A stretch of DNA of 64,000 nucleotides from Desulfobacterales bacterium. Lineage in GTDB: Bacteria > Desulfobacterota > Desulfobacteria > Desulfobacterales > UBA2174. Below are positions 18,914 through 27,333 of this stretch, piece by piece. The notes beneath the pieces were generated by a model. That model saw nothing but the letters and a program-made list of their open reading frames with translations. It ran no database searches and was not told the origin of the DNA. The DNA lies in the NCBI GenBank assembly GCA_963668645.2, contig CAXXWC010000018.1, positions 384,001 through 448,000 of the forward strand, in the 5' to 3' direction. How positions within the stretch are numbered: the first letter of the stretch is position 1; the number at the start of each line of letters is the position of its first letter. Position numbers and translations under genes: made by a program.

Positions 18914-19468
18914 TTAACTCGACCGGCTTGGATAGATACCGTCGACACAGATAAAGAAATATACGGCCAAATAAGGCTGGCGATTCTCATGGCCATGGCT
19001 TTCTCCGGCAACGGCCATGGCTTGATCGGCCATCGCTGTAATGCCCTCTTGCGGCGTCACAAATGCCAATGCGTATTCATGAGTGCCATCACCTTTGTCC
19101 TGCCATATTAAAGATGGCCATGAGTTCGCCACCGGCTCTCCGGAATTGGGTATGTCCTGCACCGCTTTCGCAATATGGTCATGGGAGGGTATCTGGGATT
19201 GTACAAGCGAGACCGTGCTATCCCCTGTAGCTTGTCCTATGGCCCTGTGCGTGAGGCCTGGCCCGTCTCCCCAGCCCATGGGTGAGCGGTCCTTAAGACT
19301 GGGAAGGCCAAAGGTTGTGCGTCCGTCGCCCCCGTAGATCGTACCGATGACGGAAAACAAGGCCGAAGATTGGGCGATCGGCACTATCTGGCCATCGCAA
19401 TAGGCCCAATTATATGGAGCGAATGTATAAGGAAGCATGCGAATTTCACCAGTAAAAGGATCTGCCAT
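18914..19468 (-). CDS. Phage tail-collar domain protein (MdpB/microcystin-dependent protein family), copy 3
   Basis: MADPFTGEIRM, WAYCDGQ, LFSVIGTIYGGDGRTTFGLP, PSHDH, HENRQPYL, GIYPSR. Confidence 0.92.
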   Translation of the reverse strand: MADPFTGEIRMLPYTFAPYNWAYCDGQIVPIAQSSALFSVIGTIYGGDGRTTFGLPSLKDRSPMGWGDGPGLTHRAIGQATGDSTVSLVQSQIPSHDHIAKAVQDIPNSGEPVANSWPSLIWQDKGDGTHEYALAFVTPQEGITAMADQAMAVAGESHGHENRQPYLAVYFFICVDGIYPSRSS

Positions 19469-19480
19469 GATAGACCTCCT

Positions 19481-20014
19481 TTAAGTACGGGGCGGGTAAA
19501 TGCCTCGTAAGGCAATAATAAAACTGACGCAGCGAGCCGGCATCAAGTTGGTGTGAGATTGATCCTGGCCCGCTTTTGATACTGTCGAGATGGATAAATC
19601 TTGTACTTTTGTCATATCCGGTTCGGTGATAAACCCTTGTGCACCATTGCCGGCCGGTTTGGCCAACACCTGGCCCGTGGGGACGGCGCTGGTTCCTTCT
19701 AAAGTGGAGGCCTGAAGCGGGTGGTTATGGTTCGGAATTTGTGTCAGGATCAACTGCACCTGTTCGACCCCGTATGGTGAGCCCTGGGAAACCGGGGAAA
19801 GGCCCGGACCGGTCCCGGTATGTACCGGAATCCGCCCCCTGAAATCAGGAACCGCAAAGGAGGTCCTGCCATCGCCGCCATAGGTCGTGCCCAACAGAGA
19901 ATACAGGGAGCTATAATCTGCAATAGATAGCAACTGCCCATTACAAAACGCCCAGCCGGGGGGTGCATAATTGCCGGCAAACATCCGTATTTCACCTAAA
20001 TATGGTTCTGCCAT
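19481..20014 (-). CDS. Phage tail-collar domain protein (MdpB family), copy 2
   Basis: MAEPYLGEIRMFAGNYAP, LGTTYGGDGRTSFAVPDFRGR, PNHNH, HTNLMP, GIYPPR. Confidence 0.92.
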   Translation of the reverse strand: MAEPYLGEIRMFAGNYAPPGWAFCNGQLLSIADYSSLYSLLGTTYGGDGRTSFAVPDFRGRIPVHTGTGPGLSPVSQGSPYGVEQVQLILTQIPNHNHPLQASTLEGTSAVPTGQVLAKPAGNGAQGFITEPDMTKVQDLSISTVSKAGQDQSHTNLMPARCVSFIIALRGIYPPRT

Positions 20015-20026
20015 GATTTGCCTCCT

Positions 20027-20566
20027 CTATGATCGTGTTGGGAAGAGTCCTTGAAGGGCGATCGTAAAGCGGACTACCTGGCTCGGTTGCCGATTTTCGT
20101 GTGCCTGGGCACCGCCTCCCTGGGGTCCGCCGGTTGTTGAACAGGTGCCGGTATTAAGCGGGCTGAGGTTGACGGGAGTGTGATAAATGGCTGCCGGATT
20201 TTGTGAAACCTTCCAAACGGCGGTTGTATATACCTTGTCTGTAGGTGCGGGTTTTCCGCCTCCCTGGGTATTGCCGTTAAATGTGTGCGTGTGGGCCGCC
20301 ATGGTGGATAAATCAAGGGTCACCGTTTCAGATCCACCCTTCGAGCCCTGCTGCGGTATATCGATCCCCGGGTAGACCGGGGTCCGGCCGCGCATATCCG
20401 GCAGGGCGAAAGTAGTGTTGCCGTCACCGCCGAACTGGACTCCCAGTAGTGCAAACAAGGCGCTATTTTGTTTGATTGCCAGAAGTTGCCCGTCGCAATT
20501 GGCCCAATCTCTTGGGGCGAATGCATATGCGACCATGCGTATTTCACCGATAAAAGGATCTGCCAT
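20027..20566 (-). CDS. Phage tail-collar domain protein (MdpB family), copy 1
   Basis: MADPFIGEIRM, FGGDGNTTFALPDMRGR, AAHTH, HENRQP, GLFPTR. Confidence 0.92.
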   Translation of the reverse strand: MADPFIGEIRMVAYAFAPRDWANCDGQLLAIKQNSALFALLGVQFGGDGNTTFALPDMRGRTPVYPGIDIPQQGSKGGSETVTLDLSTMAAHTHTFNGNTQGGGKPAPTDKVYTTAVWKVSQNPAAIYHTPVNLSPLNTGTCSTTGGPQGGGAQAHENRQPSQVVRFTIALQGLFPTRS

Positions 20567-20637
20567 TTCAACGCCTCCTTTGATTATAGTTCAAGAAGAC
20601 CATTTAGAGGTGCGGTTATCGAAATTATCGTAATCCG

Positions 20638-20970
20638 CTATTTTTCTTTCAAACGGCTGATAATCGCCTGATACTGGTAACCGGTATCGTTTTTAGCCAC
20701 CGGTACGATGAAAAGCTCGAAATAACCCATCTTGTCATGGGTGAATTTGTGGATCTGCTGATCTAAAAATACATCTCCCCCGCCCTGAAACAGGAGTGAA
20801 AATCCTTCGGTGGCATCGGTCTCCTTTTTTACGGCTTCCACCAACTCCACCTCGGTCTCGGTAGGCCCCAAATCCTCTTCTTCCAGGCCTTCGATCGGTT
20901 CGCCGAAGGTGATTTTGAACTTTGTGTTCAATTGCCCATCGAAGTTTTCATAGGCTATTTTTTCCGGCAT
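20638..20970 (-). CDS. DUF6916-family small protein
   Basis: FSLLFQG...LDQQIHKFTHDKMGYFELFIVPV...YQAII; typical neighbour of tail-collar genes. Confidence 0.75.
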   Translation of the reverse strand: MPEKIAYENFDGQLNTKFKITFGEPIEGLEEEDLGPTETEVELVEAVKKETDATEGFSLLFQGGGDVFLDQQIHKFTHDKMGYFELFIVPVAKNDTGYQYQAIISRLKEK

Positions 20971-20996
20971 GCCTTTCTCCTTTCTTCTGTTTGCGT

Positions 20997-21500
20997 TTAC
21001 GGGCCACGATCGTCAATTAAAGCCTTTTCAGGCTGCCATTCCATATAATAGTAGGCCCCTTCTGTCTTTCGGACCGTGAATCCCAAACGGTGGTAAAAAC
21101 GCACAGCCGGATTGTTCGGTTCTACATGGAGGCTGACCTGGGCCCCTTTGCGGCATCCTTCTGCGAGCAATTCCGCCACCAGGCCGGCGCCGATCCCCTG
21201 GTTGCGGTACTCGCGGAGCAAAGTGATATCCATCAATCGGATGTCGTGGTCCTGGCGGTGGACGTAGATCCGGCCGATTTTCGTGTCCTCCAGGCAGATG
21301 AGATCGAAATTCCCCTCCTTGTAGTGGGTTTGATAATGCCGATGCTGAAGCTCGAACTGCCATTGCAGAAAGCGGGTCTTTTCTTCTTCGCTCCAGGGGT
21401 AGTGGACCATTTCAAAATCCCTGGAAACACAGTAGATCTGCCGCAAAAAGCCCATGTGTTCCGGCTTGATCGGTATCAGATGAAGTTGTGGGAGGTCCAT
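20997..21500 (-). CDS. GNAT N-acetyltransferase
   Basis: FLQWQFELQHRHYQTHY, DITLLREYRNQGIG (acetyl-CoA motif A), LHVEPNNPAVRFYHRLGF. Confidence 0.9.
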   Translation of the reverse strand: MDLPQLHLIPIKPEHMGFLRQIYCVSRDFEMVHYPWSEEEKTRFLQWQFELQHRHYQTHYKEGNFDLICLEDTKIGRIYVHRQDHDIRLMDITLLREYRNQGIGAGLVAELLAEGCRKGAQVSLHVEPNNPAVRFYHRLGFTVRKTEGAYYYMEWQPEKALIDDRGP

Positions 21501-22049
21501 GCTTTCCCTTTTTCGGGCTTATGAAATCATAAAAATACGTAAGCCAGAATTACCCATAAGGATCGTTCGAAAGAAATCTATCCACAATATATAGATATTG
21601 TTGCGGCTAATAATTCTATATGATGTGTCGATAGGTTGTTACCGCAAAGTTTTAACGATTGTCAGACCTGGAAAATTAGCAAAAATCGATTTTCGAGCGG
21701 CTTAACATGATATCAAGGAAGAAGAAGTCGGTATTTTCAGGTGAGAACGAGGAGAGATGACAGCATTCGGCCCCTGCCTCTTGGGGCGGAGGCCTTCCGG
21801 ATATCAGCCGTAACATAGCCCCGATGGAGAATCCTCAACGGATTAACTTTCCTACAGCTTTTTGATATCGGAATCAAGGAGAAAAATCGTGCCTCTGAAT
21901 TTTAACAAAAATCAAATTAAAGTCTACGCTTCTACCGATGTTTAATTATAGACTTGATTAACTCTGCATAATCAAGATCTTCAGGGATCAAAAGCGGTAA
22001 GCCGATTCTTTTTTCGATACACTCAACCACCACCGGCAATGAAATGCCC

Positions 22050-22442
22050 TCAAGGCCTGTGCACAAGCCTGACTCCTGCAAGTACGGTTACCCTGGCAAA
22101 GTCGAGACGCAAGGCTGCGTTGATCGCGAACCATCCAAGCCCGAGTCCCATTACGACGGTGTGGTCGTATGCGTTGAAACATCCCAGCTCCTGGCTTTCG
22201 ATTTCGTGGGGCGAAATCGCCATCCAGGTTTCCCATGAGGGCGGATCTTCGCCGGTCTGCCGCGCTAATACGGGCATATTGCATACCAGCCAAGTGCCGC
22301 TCGTATAGCCGTGGTCATGGCCGAGCTGCATATGGCGGATGCGCTACTTTCCGAAAGTACCGTCTTGATAAGCGGGAATAAAAAAATCCGTCTTGAAAAG
22401 GGGGGGCAGGGATCGGGGTGGGAAAGATTCGCCTTCGGACAT
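22050..22442 (-). pseudogene. Truncated class I SAM-methyltransferase/spermidine-synthase-like gene with in-frame TAG
   Basis: AAGGAG RBS, ATG 22442: MSEGESFPPRSLPPLFKTDFFIPAYQDGTFGK*(22344-22346)RIRHMQ...TWMAISPHEIESQ...VVMGLGLGW...ARVTV, ending just after the SAM motif. Confidence 0.65.
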
Positions 22443-22707
22443 GACGGTCACTCCTTTAATTAGCGTGTTATGCAACAAACGGAATTAAAGGCGCTGCCAC
22501 TTGAAATAATTCGATATCGGGAGTTCCAAAGAACATTTCCAGAGTATCACTCAGGATACGACTGGCCTCTATGGGCGTCTGCGAAATATAGAAAATGAAT
22601 CGTATGCATACGGCTTGTCAATTTATGCATCGGCCCGAGGGTGATCGGTTGTCAATTGCCTGCCTGCAGCGGAGCCGCCTTTGCCGGGAGCGGCTTCGAA
22701 ATTATTC

Positions 22708-22726
22708 TGGACTATCGGTCCAAAAT
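22708..22726. promoter_or_regulatory. Putative TetR operator, copy 1
   Basis: TGGAC-TATCG-GTCCA inverted repeat just upstream of tetR; a matching copy lies at 23385. Confidence 0.6.
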
Positions 22727-22742
22727 GGATTAAGAGTGGATT

Positions 22743-23369
22743 ATGGGAACCAGGGAACGCAAACAAAGGGAAATGAATCAGAGAAAAAGACTGATCATCG
22801 AAAAGAGCAAGGAACTGTTCTTTTCCAGGGATTTTTCCAGTGTCACCATCCAGGACATATGCAACGCCATCGAATACGGCCGCAGCGCCGTCTACAACCT
22901 GTTCAAAAGCAAGGAAGAAATCTACGGGCACATCTACGTGGAAGCCGTGCGGATTCTTGCCGACCTGCTCGGCACCATCGATGTGGATGGAACCGATCCC
23001 GAGGATATGTTCCGGGTGGCCACCGGGCAGGTATTCACCTTTTTCAAGGATTACCGGCCTTACTACAATGCCGTGTTTTTTTTCGATTCCAACCATCTGG
23101 CCTGCCGGCAAATCCCCCCGGACCTGTTGACCGCCAAATACGCCCAGAAAGAAAGGGCCATGTCGCCGGTGCGGGTGCTGCTGAACAGGGGGGCCGAAAG
23201 CGGGGTGCTTAAAGATGTGGATGCGGACCGGATCATCGAGGTCTATTTCGCATCCATTTTGGGCATCATTAATTCGTTTGTTGCTGAAAACGGTGTTGAA
23301 GACCTGGATACGCTGTCGGCAATGTTGCAGCAGCATGCCGATATTTATGGCTATGGCCTGAAGGCCTGA
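22743..23369 (+). CDS. TetR/AcrR family regulator
   Basis: MGTRERKQRE...VTIQDIC...GRSAVYNLFKSKEEI HTH. Confidence 0.92.
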   Translation: MGTRERKQREMNQRKRLIIEKSKELFFSRDFSSVTIQDICNAIEYGRSAVYNLFKSKEEIYGHIYVEAVRILADLLGTIDVDGTDPEDMFRVATGQVFTFFKDYRPYYNAVFFFDSNHLACRQIPPDLLTAKYAQKERAMSPVRVLLNRGAESGVLKDVDADRIIEVYFASILGIINSFVAENGVEDLDTLSAMLQQHADIYGYGLKA

Positions 23370-23384
23370 TTTTTTTTGCCCTAT

Positions 23385-23403
23385 TTTGGACTACCAGTCC
23401 AAA
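23385..23403. promoter_or_regulatory. Putative TetR operator, copy 2
   Basis: TTTGGACT-ACC-AGTCCAAA inverted repeat upstream of the aldehyde dehydrogenase. Confidence 0.6.
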
Positions 23404-23534
23404 TACGACCAAAAGTTTTGTGTGGAATAAAAAATAGAGGGATCGAAAAATCGTTATAGAACAGCTTGTTGGGTGCTTGATACCCTTGATCAACCTCGTG
23501 GCTTTGCAGCTATTTTCCAAAAGGAGTCCTGACC

Positions 23535-24911
23535 ATGTCTAATGCCGATCCGATACAGGGAATCGTCCAGGCACAAAGAGCGTTCTTCAACCAGGGCCGC
23601 ACCCGCACTCCGGACTGGCGGATCGCCCAGCTCAAGAAGCTGCGCGCGGCCGTCGCCGCCAATGAGGAAGCCATCCTCGATGCGCTCAAGGCGGATCTGC
23701 ACAAGCCGGCCTTCGAGGCCTATTCCGCCGAAGTGATGCAGATTATGGGGGAGCTGGCATACACCATAAAACATCTGAAAAAATGGGCCGCCCCGCAGAA
23801 GGTCGCCACCCCCCTGGCTCTCCAGCCCGGCACAAGCCGGATCTATTCCCAGCCCCACGGCGTGGTGTTGAACATCGCCCCGTGGAACTACCCGATCCAG
23901 ACCTGCCTGGCGCCCCTGATCGCCATCCTGGCGGCCGGCAACTGCGCGGTGGTCAAACCGTCGGAGTTCGCGCCCCATTGCGCCCGGTTGGTGGCGGAAC
24001 TTATCGCCAATACCTATCCGCCGGAATACTGCACGGCGGTGGAGGGCGGTGTGACAGAGACCCAGGCCCTGCTCGCCCAGCGATGGGATTACATCGCCTT
24101 TACCGGCAGCCCGGAAATCGGACGCATCGTGGCCCGGGCCGCAACGGAAAACCTGACGCCCACCCTGCTGGAGCTGGGGGGCAAAAGCCCGTGCATCGTC
24201 CATGTCGATGCAGATATCCGGGTTGCGGCCCGGCGAATCGCATGGGGTAAATTCCTCAACGCCGGCCAGACCTGCACGGCTCCGGATTTCATCCTGGCAG
24301 ACAGACGCATCGCCGGCCGTCTGGTGGAGGCGCTGGCCGGGCAGATACAGGCGTTTTACGGCCCGGATCCGATAAAGAGCCCGGACTACGCCCGGATCAT
24401 CAACCAGAAGCATTTCGACCGTCTGGTGGCCCTGCTCGATGCGGGCAAGATCTCACATGGCGGGCGCACCGACCGTGACGATCTGTACATCGAACCGACC
24501 CTTGTTTATCCGGCGAACTGGCAAGACCGGATCATGGCCGGCGAAATTTTCGGGCCACTGCTGCCGGTTCTGGAATATGAAGATCTGGATGCCGTCATGG
24601 AGGAGCTGTCGGAGCAGGAACGGCCCCTGGCGCTATATGTGTTCACCAAAAGCCGGGCAATTCAGGAAAAGATCGTCGGCCGCCTGAACTTCGGCGGCGG
24701 GGCGATCAACGCGACCCTGCTGCACAACGCCAACAACCGGCTGCCCTTCGGCGGCACCGGCAACAGCGGCATGGGACGCTATCATGGCAAAAGCGGGTTT
24801 GACACCTTTTCGTATACCAAGAGTATTTACTCAAAACCGACGTTGATCGATCCCGCGCTGGTCTACCCGCCGTACCGGCAGAGGCTCAAGCTGGTCAAGC
24901 GGCTGGCCTGA
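23535..24911 (+). CDS. NAD(P)-dependent aldehyde dehydrogenase (ALDH3/fatty-aldehyde type)
   Basis: IAPWNYP, KPSE, FTGS, LELGGKSP, NAGQTCTAPD, EIFGP, PFGGTGNSGMGRYHG. Confidence 0.95.
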   Translation: MSNADPIQGIVQAQRAFFNQGRTRTPDWRIAQLKKLRAAVAANEEAILDALKADLHKPAFEAYSAEVMQIMGELAYTIKHLKKWAAPQKVATPLALQPGTSRIYSQPHGVVLNIAPWNYPIQTCLAPLIAILAAGNCAVVKPSEFAPHCARLVAELIANTYPPEYCTAVEGGVTETQALLAQRWDYIAFTGSPEIGRIVARAATENLTPTLLELGGKSPCIVHVDADIRVAARRIAWGKFLNAGQTCTAPDFILADRRIAGRLVEALAGQIQAFYGPDPIKSPDYARIINQKHFDRLVALLDAGKISHGGRTDRDDLYIEPTLVYPANWQDRIMAGEIFGPLLPVLEYEDLDAVMEELSEQERPLALYVFTKSRAIQEKIVGRLNFGGGAINATLLHNANNRLPFGGTGNSGMGRYHGKSGFDTFSYTKSIYSKPTLIDPALVYPPYRQRLKLVKRLA

Positions 24912-25041
24912 CGGCAGTCAGTTGCCCGTTTGCAGAGACCGGATCGGGTAAACTCGGTCAGGGCGTCGAAGATTTTGAAATCGATGCTGCAGTTCATCTT
25001 CATGCATCCATGAAAGAGATTCGCTGGAAAGCTAAAACCAT

Positions 25042-25289
25042 ATGCCAATTGAGAAAGATAAAGAATGGCAAGGTGAGGGGGGCACCCCCACGAGGTTGTG
25101 GGATTGGTGGTCAAGAAAGGGATTAACCCGGCCAAGGCCTGACGGATCCGCCTGGGTCTGGTCGACAAACGGGCCGGAATCAGCCAGTCAGCGATTTCAC
25201 AGAGGGGAAGAGCGGATAACCGCCGCTCTGCCACCCTTGGAAAATTGGCGAAAGCACTTGGGCTCTCTGTTGCGCAGCTTGCCGATTGA
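25042..25289 (+). pseudogene. Degenerate XRE-family HTH (HigA-like antitoxin) gene
   Basis: Fragments PHEVVGLVVKKG and RAGISQSAISQ...RSATLGKLAKALGLSVAQLAD* separated by frameshifts. Confidence 0.6.
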
Positions 25290-25650
25290 ACAGGTTTTGC
25301 TGTAAGTGCATGGGCCGAAATAGGGGGATCGGAGGTGGGCGCCTGAATCAAACCAGGGCGAAGGTGCGCTTTGGGAAAATCAGGCAGGACTGCCGTGTCG
25401 CGGCAACTCGGCCTCAAGTTATCAGGCAGTGCGCCTGTCGCTGTGCTGAGGCCGCGGGCTGGCTCGGCTTGTTGACGTAGAACCGGTGAAGCCGACAGAG
25501 TTTGGTTTTGCCGAGATTTGCTGGTGCGTTGGGGTTGAGCCTTGACAGTCGTTTGATAAAACGGCAGGTTAAATACTCATTTTTTCACCAGCGGTACCAC
25601 CTCGTGGTGGAATTTCATTTTTGTAAGTTTTTACAGGAGGTTCGGTCAAA

Positions 25651-26211
25651 ATGGTCCCTTTTGACCTATACGGTTTGCAGCAGGACCTCGAGCGCCGCAG
25701 CATCATGTTCTGTTACAGCGGCCCCATCCTCCAGTCCACCATAGAGGGGATCGGTCAGACGTTGCGCCTCGATCTACGGATCGAGGCCGCCGGGCAGTCC
25801 ACGGCCCAGGCGGTCTTTTCGGTCTTCATCGAGCAGATGCAGAATGTTCTCAACTACAGTTCGGACAGGATCAGCGCTGATCCCGGGCTGAACAAGGAGC
25901 TGCGTACCGGTGTGCTGGTCATCGGCCGCGCCGAGGGCGGGTTTTACATCTATTGCGGCAACAAGGTTCTGGCAGAAGACGTGCCCCGGCTCCAGGGCCG
26001 CATTGGCGAACTGGCCGGGCTTGACAAGGACCAGCTCAAGGCCCTGTACCGGGAGCGCCGCCGCATGGAGCCCGAGCCGGGAGCCAGGCGCGGCGGCCTG
26101 GGGCTGATCGAAATGGCACGCAAGGCCGGACGGCCGCTGGCTCACCGTTTTACTCCCATAGACGAACGGTCCTCCTTTTTTTCCATCATGGTTACCGTGG
26201 CCGGGAACTGA
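25651..26211 (+). CDS. siaB: SiaB family protein kinase
   Basis: FCYSGP, FSVFIEQMQNVLNYS, GNKV, LKALYRE, GGLGLIEMARKA. Confidence 0.9.
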   Translation: MVPFDLYGLQQDLERRSIMFCYSGPILQSTIEGIGQTLRLDLRIEAAGQSTAQAVFSVFIEQMQNVLNYSSDRISADPGLNKELRTGVLVIGRAEGGFYIYCGNKVLAEDVPRLQGRIGELAGLDKDQLKALYRERRRMEPEPGARRGGLGLIEMARKAGRPLAHRFTPIDERSSFFSIMVTVAGN

Positions 26212-26215
26212 TCAC

Positions 26216-26596
26216 ATGCAAGACCTGCACATCACCCAGGGTGTATCCCACCCGGCTGTAGACTTCGGCGCGGCGGGCCGCACCTTGAGCATCCGGGGCG
26301 AGTCCTTTCCCGAAAACGCCTCCCGGTTCTACACCCCGGTGGTTGACTGGATTTCACAGTACCTCGAGTCCGCCGGTCCGGGCCGCACGGTGGTCGAGAT
26401 GGAAATCATCTATTTCAACAGCTCGACTTCGAAGATCTTTATGATGATCTTCGACCTGCTCGACAAGGCCGTGGTCAGGGGGGCCGACATCGTTGTCAAC
26501 TGGCACGCCAACAGGGACAATCAGACGGCCATCCAGTGCGGCGAGGAATTCCAGGAGGACCTGGAGCATCTCCCCTTTAACCTGGTGCTTGACTGA
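26216..26596 (+). CDS. siaC: SiaC family regulatory phosphoprotein (DUF1987)
   Basis: LSIRGESFPENASRFYTPV, IYFNSSTSK, VNW, GEEFQEDL. Confidence 0.9.
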   Translation: MQDLHITQGVSHPAVDFGAAGRTLSIRGESFPENASRFYTPVVDWISQYLESAGPGRTVVEMEIIYFNSSTSKIFMMIFDLLDKAVVRGADIVVNWHANRDNQTAIQCGEEFQEDLEHLPFNLVLD

Positions 26597-26607
26597 AGGC
26601 CCACGCT

Positions 26608-27315
26608 ATGGATCTGCTCTTCCAGCGCGAAAAAGAAGTCCTGGCGCGGTTCCAGGGGTTGATCGATACCGGAGGGGTGGATACCGAAAAGGATCTTGCC
26701 TCTCTGCGCGAGTTGCATTCCGAATACGCGTTGCTGCTCGATCAGATGGCGCGGATCATCAAGATGTCCGACTGGACCGGGGCCGCCCTGAACGACGCCC
26801 GGCGCTGTTCCCACGAGCAGTCCAACCTTGACTTTCTTACCGGCATCGCCAACCGGCGCCATTTTTCCGAGGTGCTGGAAAAGGAATGGCGCAGTGCGAT
26901 GCGCGAGAAGGTCCCCATGTCCCTGCTCATGCTCGACGTCGACCATTTCAAGGCTTACAATGACACCTTCGGCCACGTGGCCGGGGATCGCTGCCTCAAT
27001 CAACTGGCCCAAAAAATGGAAGCGATCGCCAAGCGCCCCCGGGACATGGTGGCCCGTTACGGCGGTGAGGAGTTCGTCATCCTGCTTCCCGCCACCGACC
27101 TCGCCCCGGCCCGTGAGCTGGCCGAGCGGCTTCGCCTCAGCATCCAGCAATTCGAAGAACCCCATCCCGTCAGCGCTGGCGGCTTCGTCACCGTGTCCAT
27201 CGGGGTGGCCGCCATGGTTCCCGCGCCGGACCGGTCGGCCCAGGATCTGTTGGCCGAGGCCGACACCGCGCTTTACCAGGCCAAGTCGAGTGGCCGCAAC
27301 TGCGTGTTTCCGTAA
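26608..27315 (+). CDS. siaD: Diguanylate cyclase (SiaD-like)
   Basis: DFLTGIANRR, DVDHFKAYNDTFGHVAGD, RPRD I-site and GGEEF. Confidence 0.88.
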   Translation: MDLLFQREKEVLARFQGLIDTGGVDTEKDLASLRELHSEYALLLDQMARIIKMSDWTGAALNDARRCSHEQSNLDFLTGIANRRHFSEVLEKEWRSAMREKVPMSLLMLDVDHFKAYNDTFGHVAGDRCLNQLAQKMEAIAKRPRDMVARYGGEEFVILLPATDLAPARELAERLRLSIQQFEEPHPVSAGGFVTVSIGVAAMVPAPDRSAQDLLAEADTALYQAKSSGRNCVFP

Positions 27316-27333
27316 ACGGAGATCCTTCCCCCC

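Noticed and set aside
18914..20566. Prophage, tailocin or eCIS suggested by tail-collar genes
   Set aside because: No capsid, terminase, sheath, tube, baseplate, lysis or integrase genes in the window
21501..21990. Additional RiPP precursors among tiny RBS-led ORFs (MTAFGPCLLGRRPSGYQP; VPLNFNKNQIKVYASTDV)
   Set aside because: No lasso leader motif or suitable acidic ring residue
22344..22346. Pyrrolysine read-through of the in-frame TAG
   Set aside because: The gene is also truncated downstream, it is not a methylamine methyltransferase, and TGG-to-TAG decay is simpler
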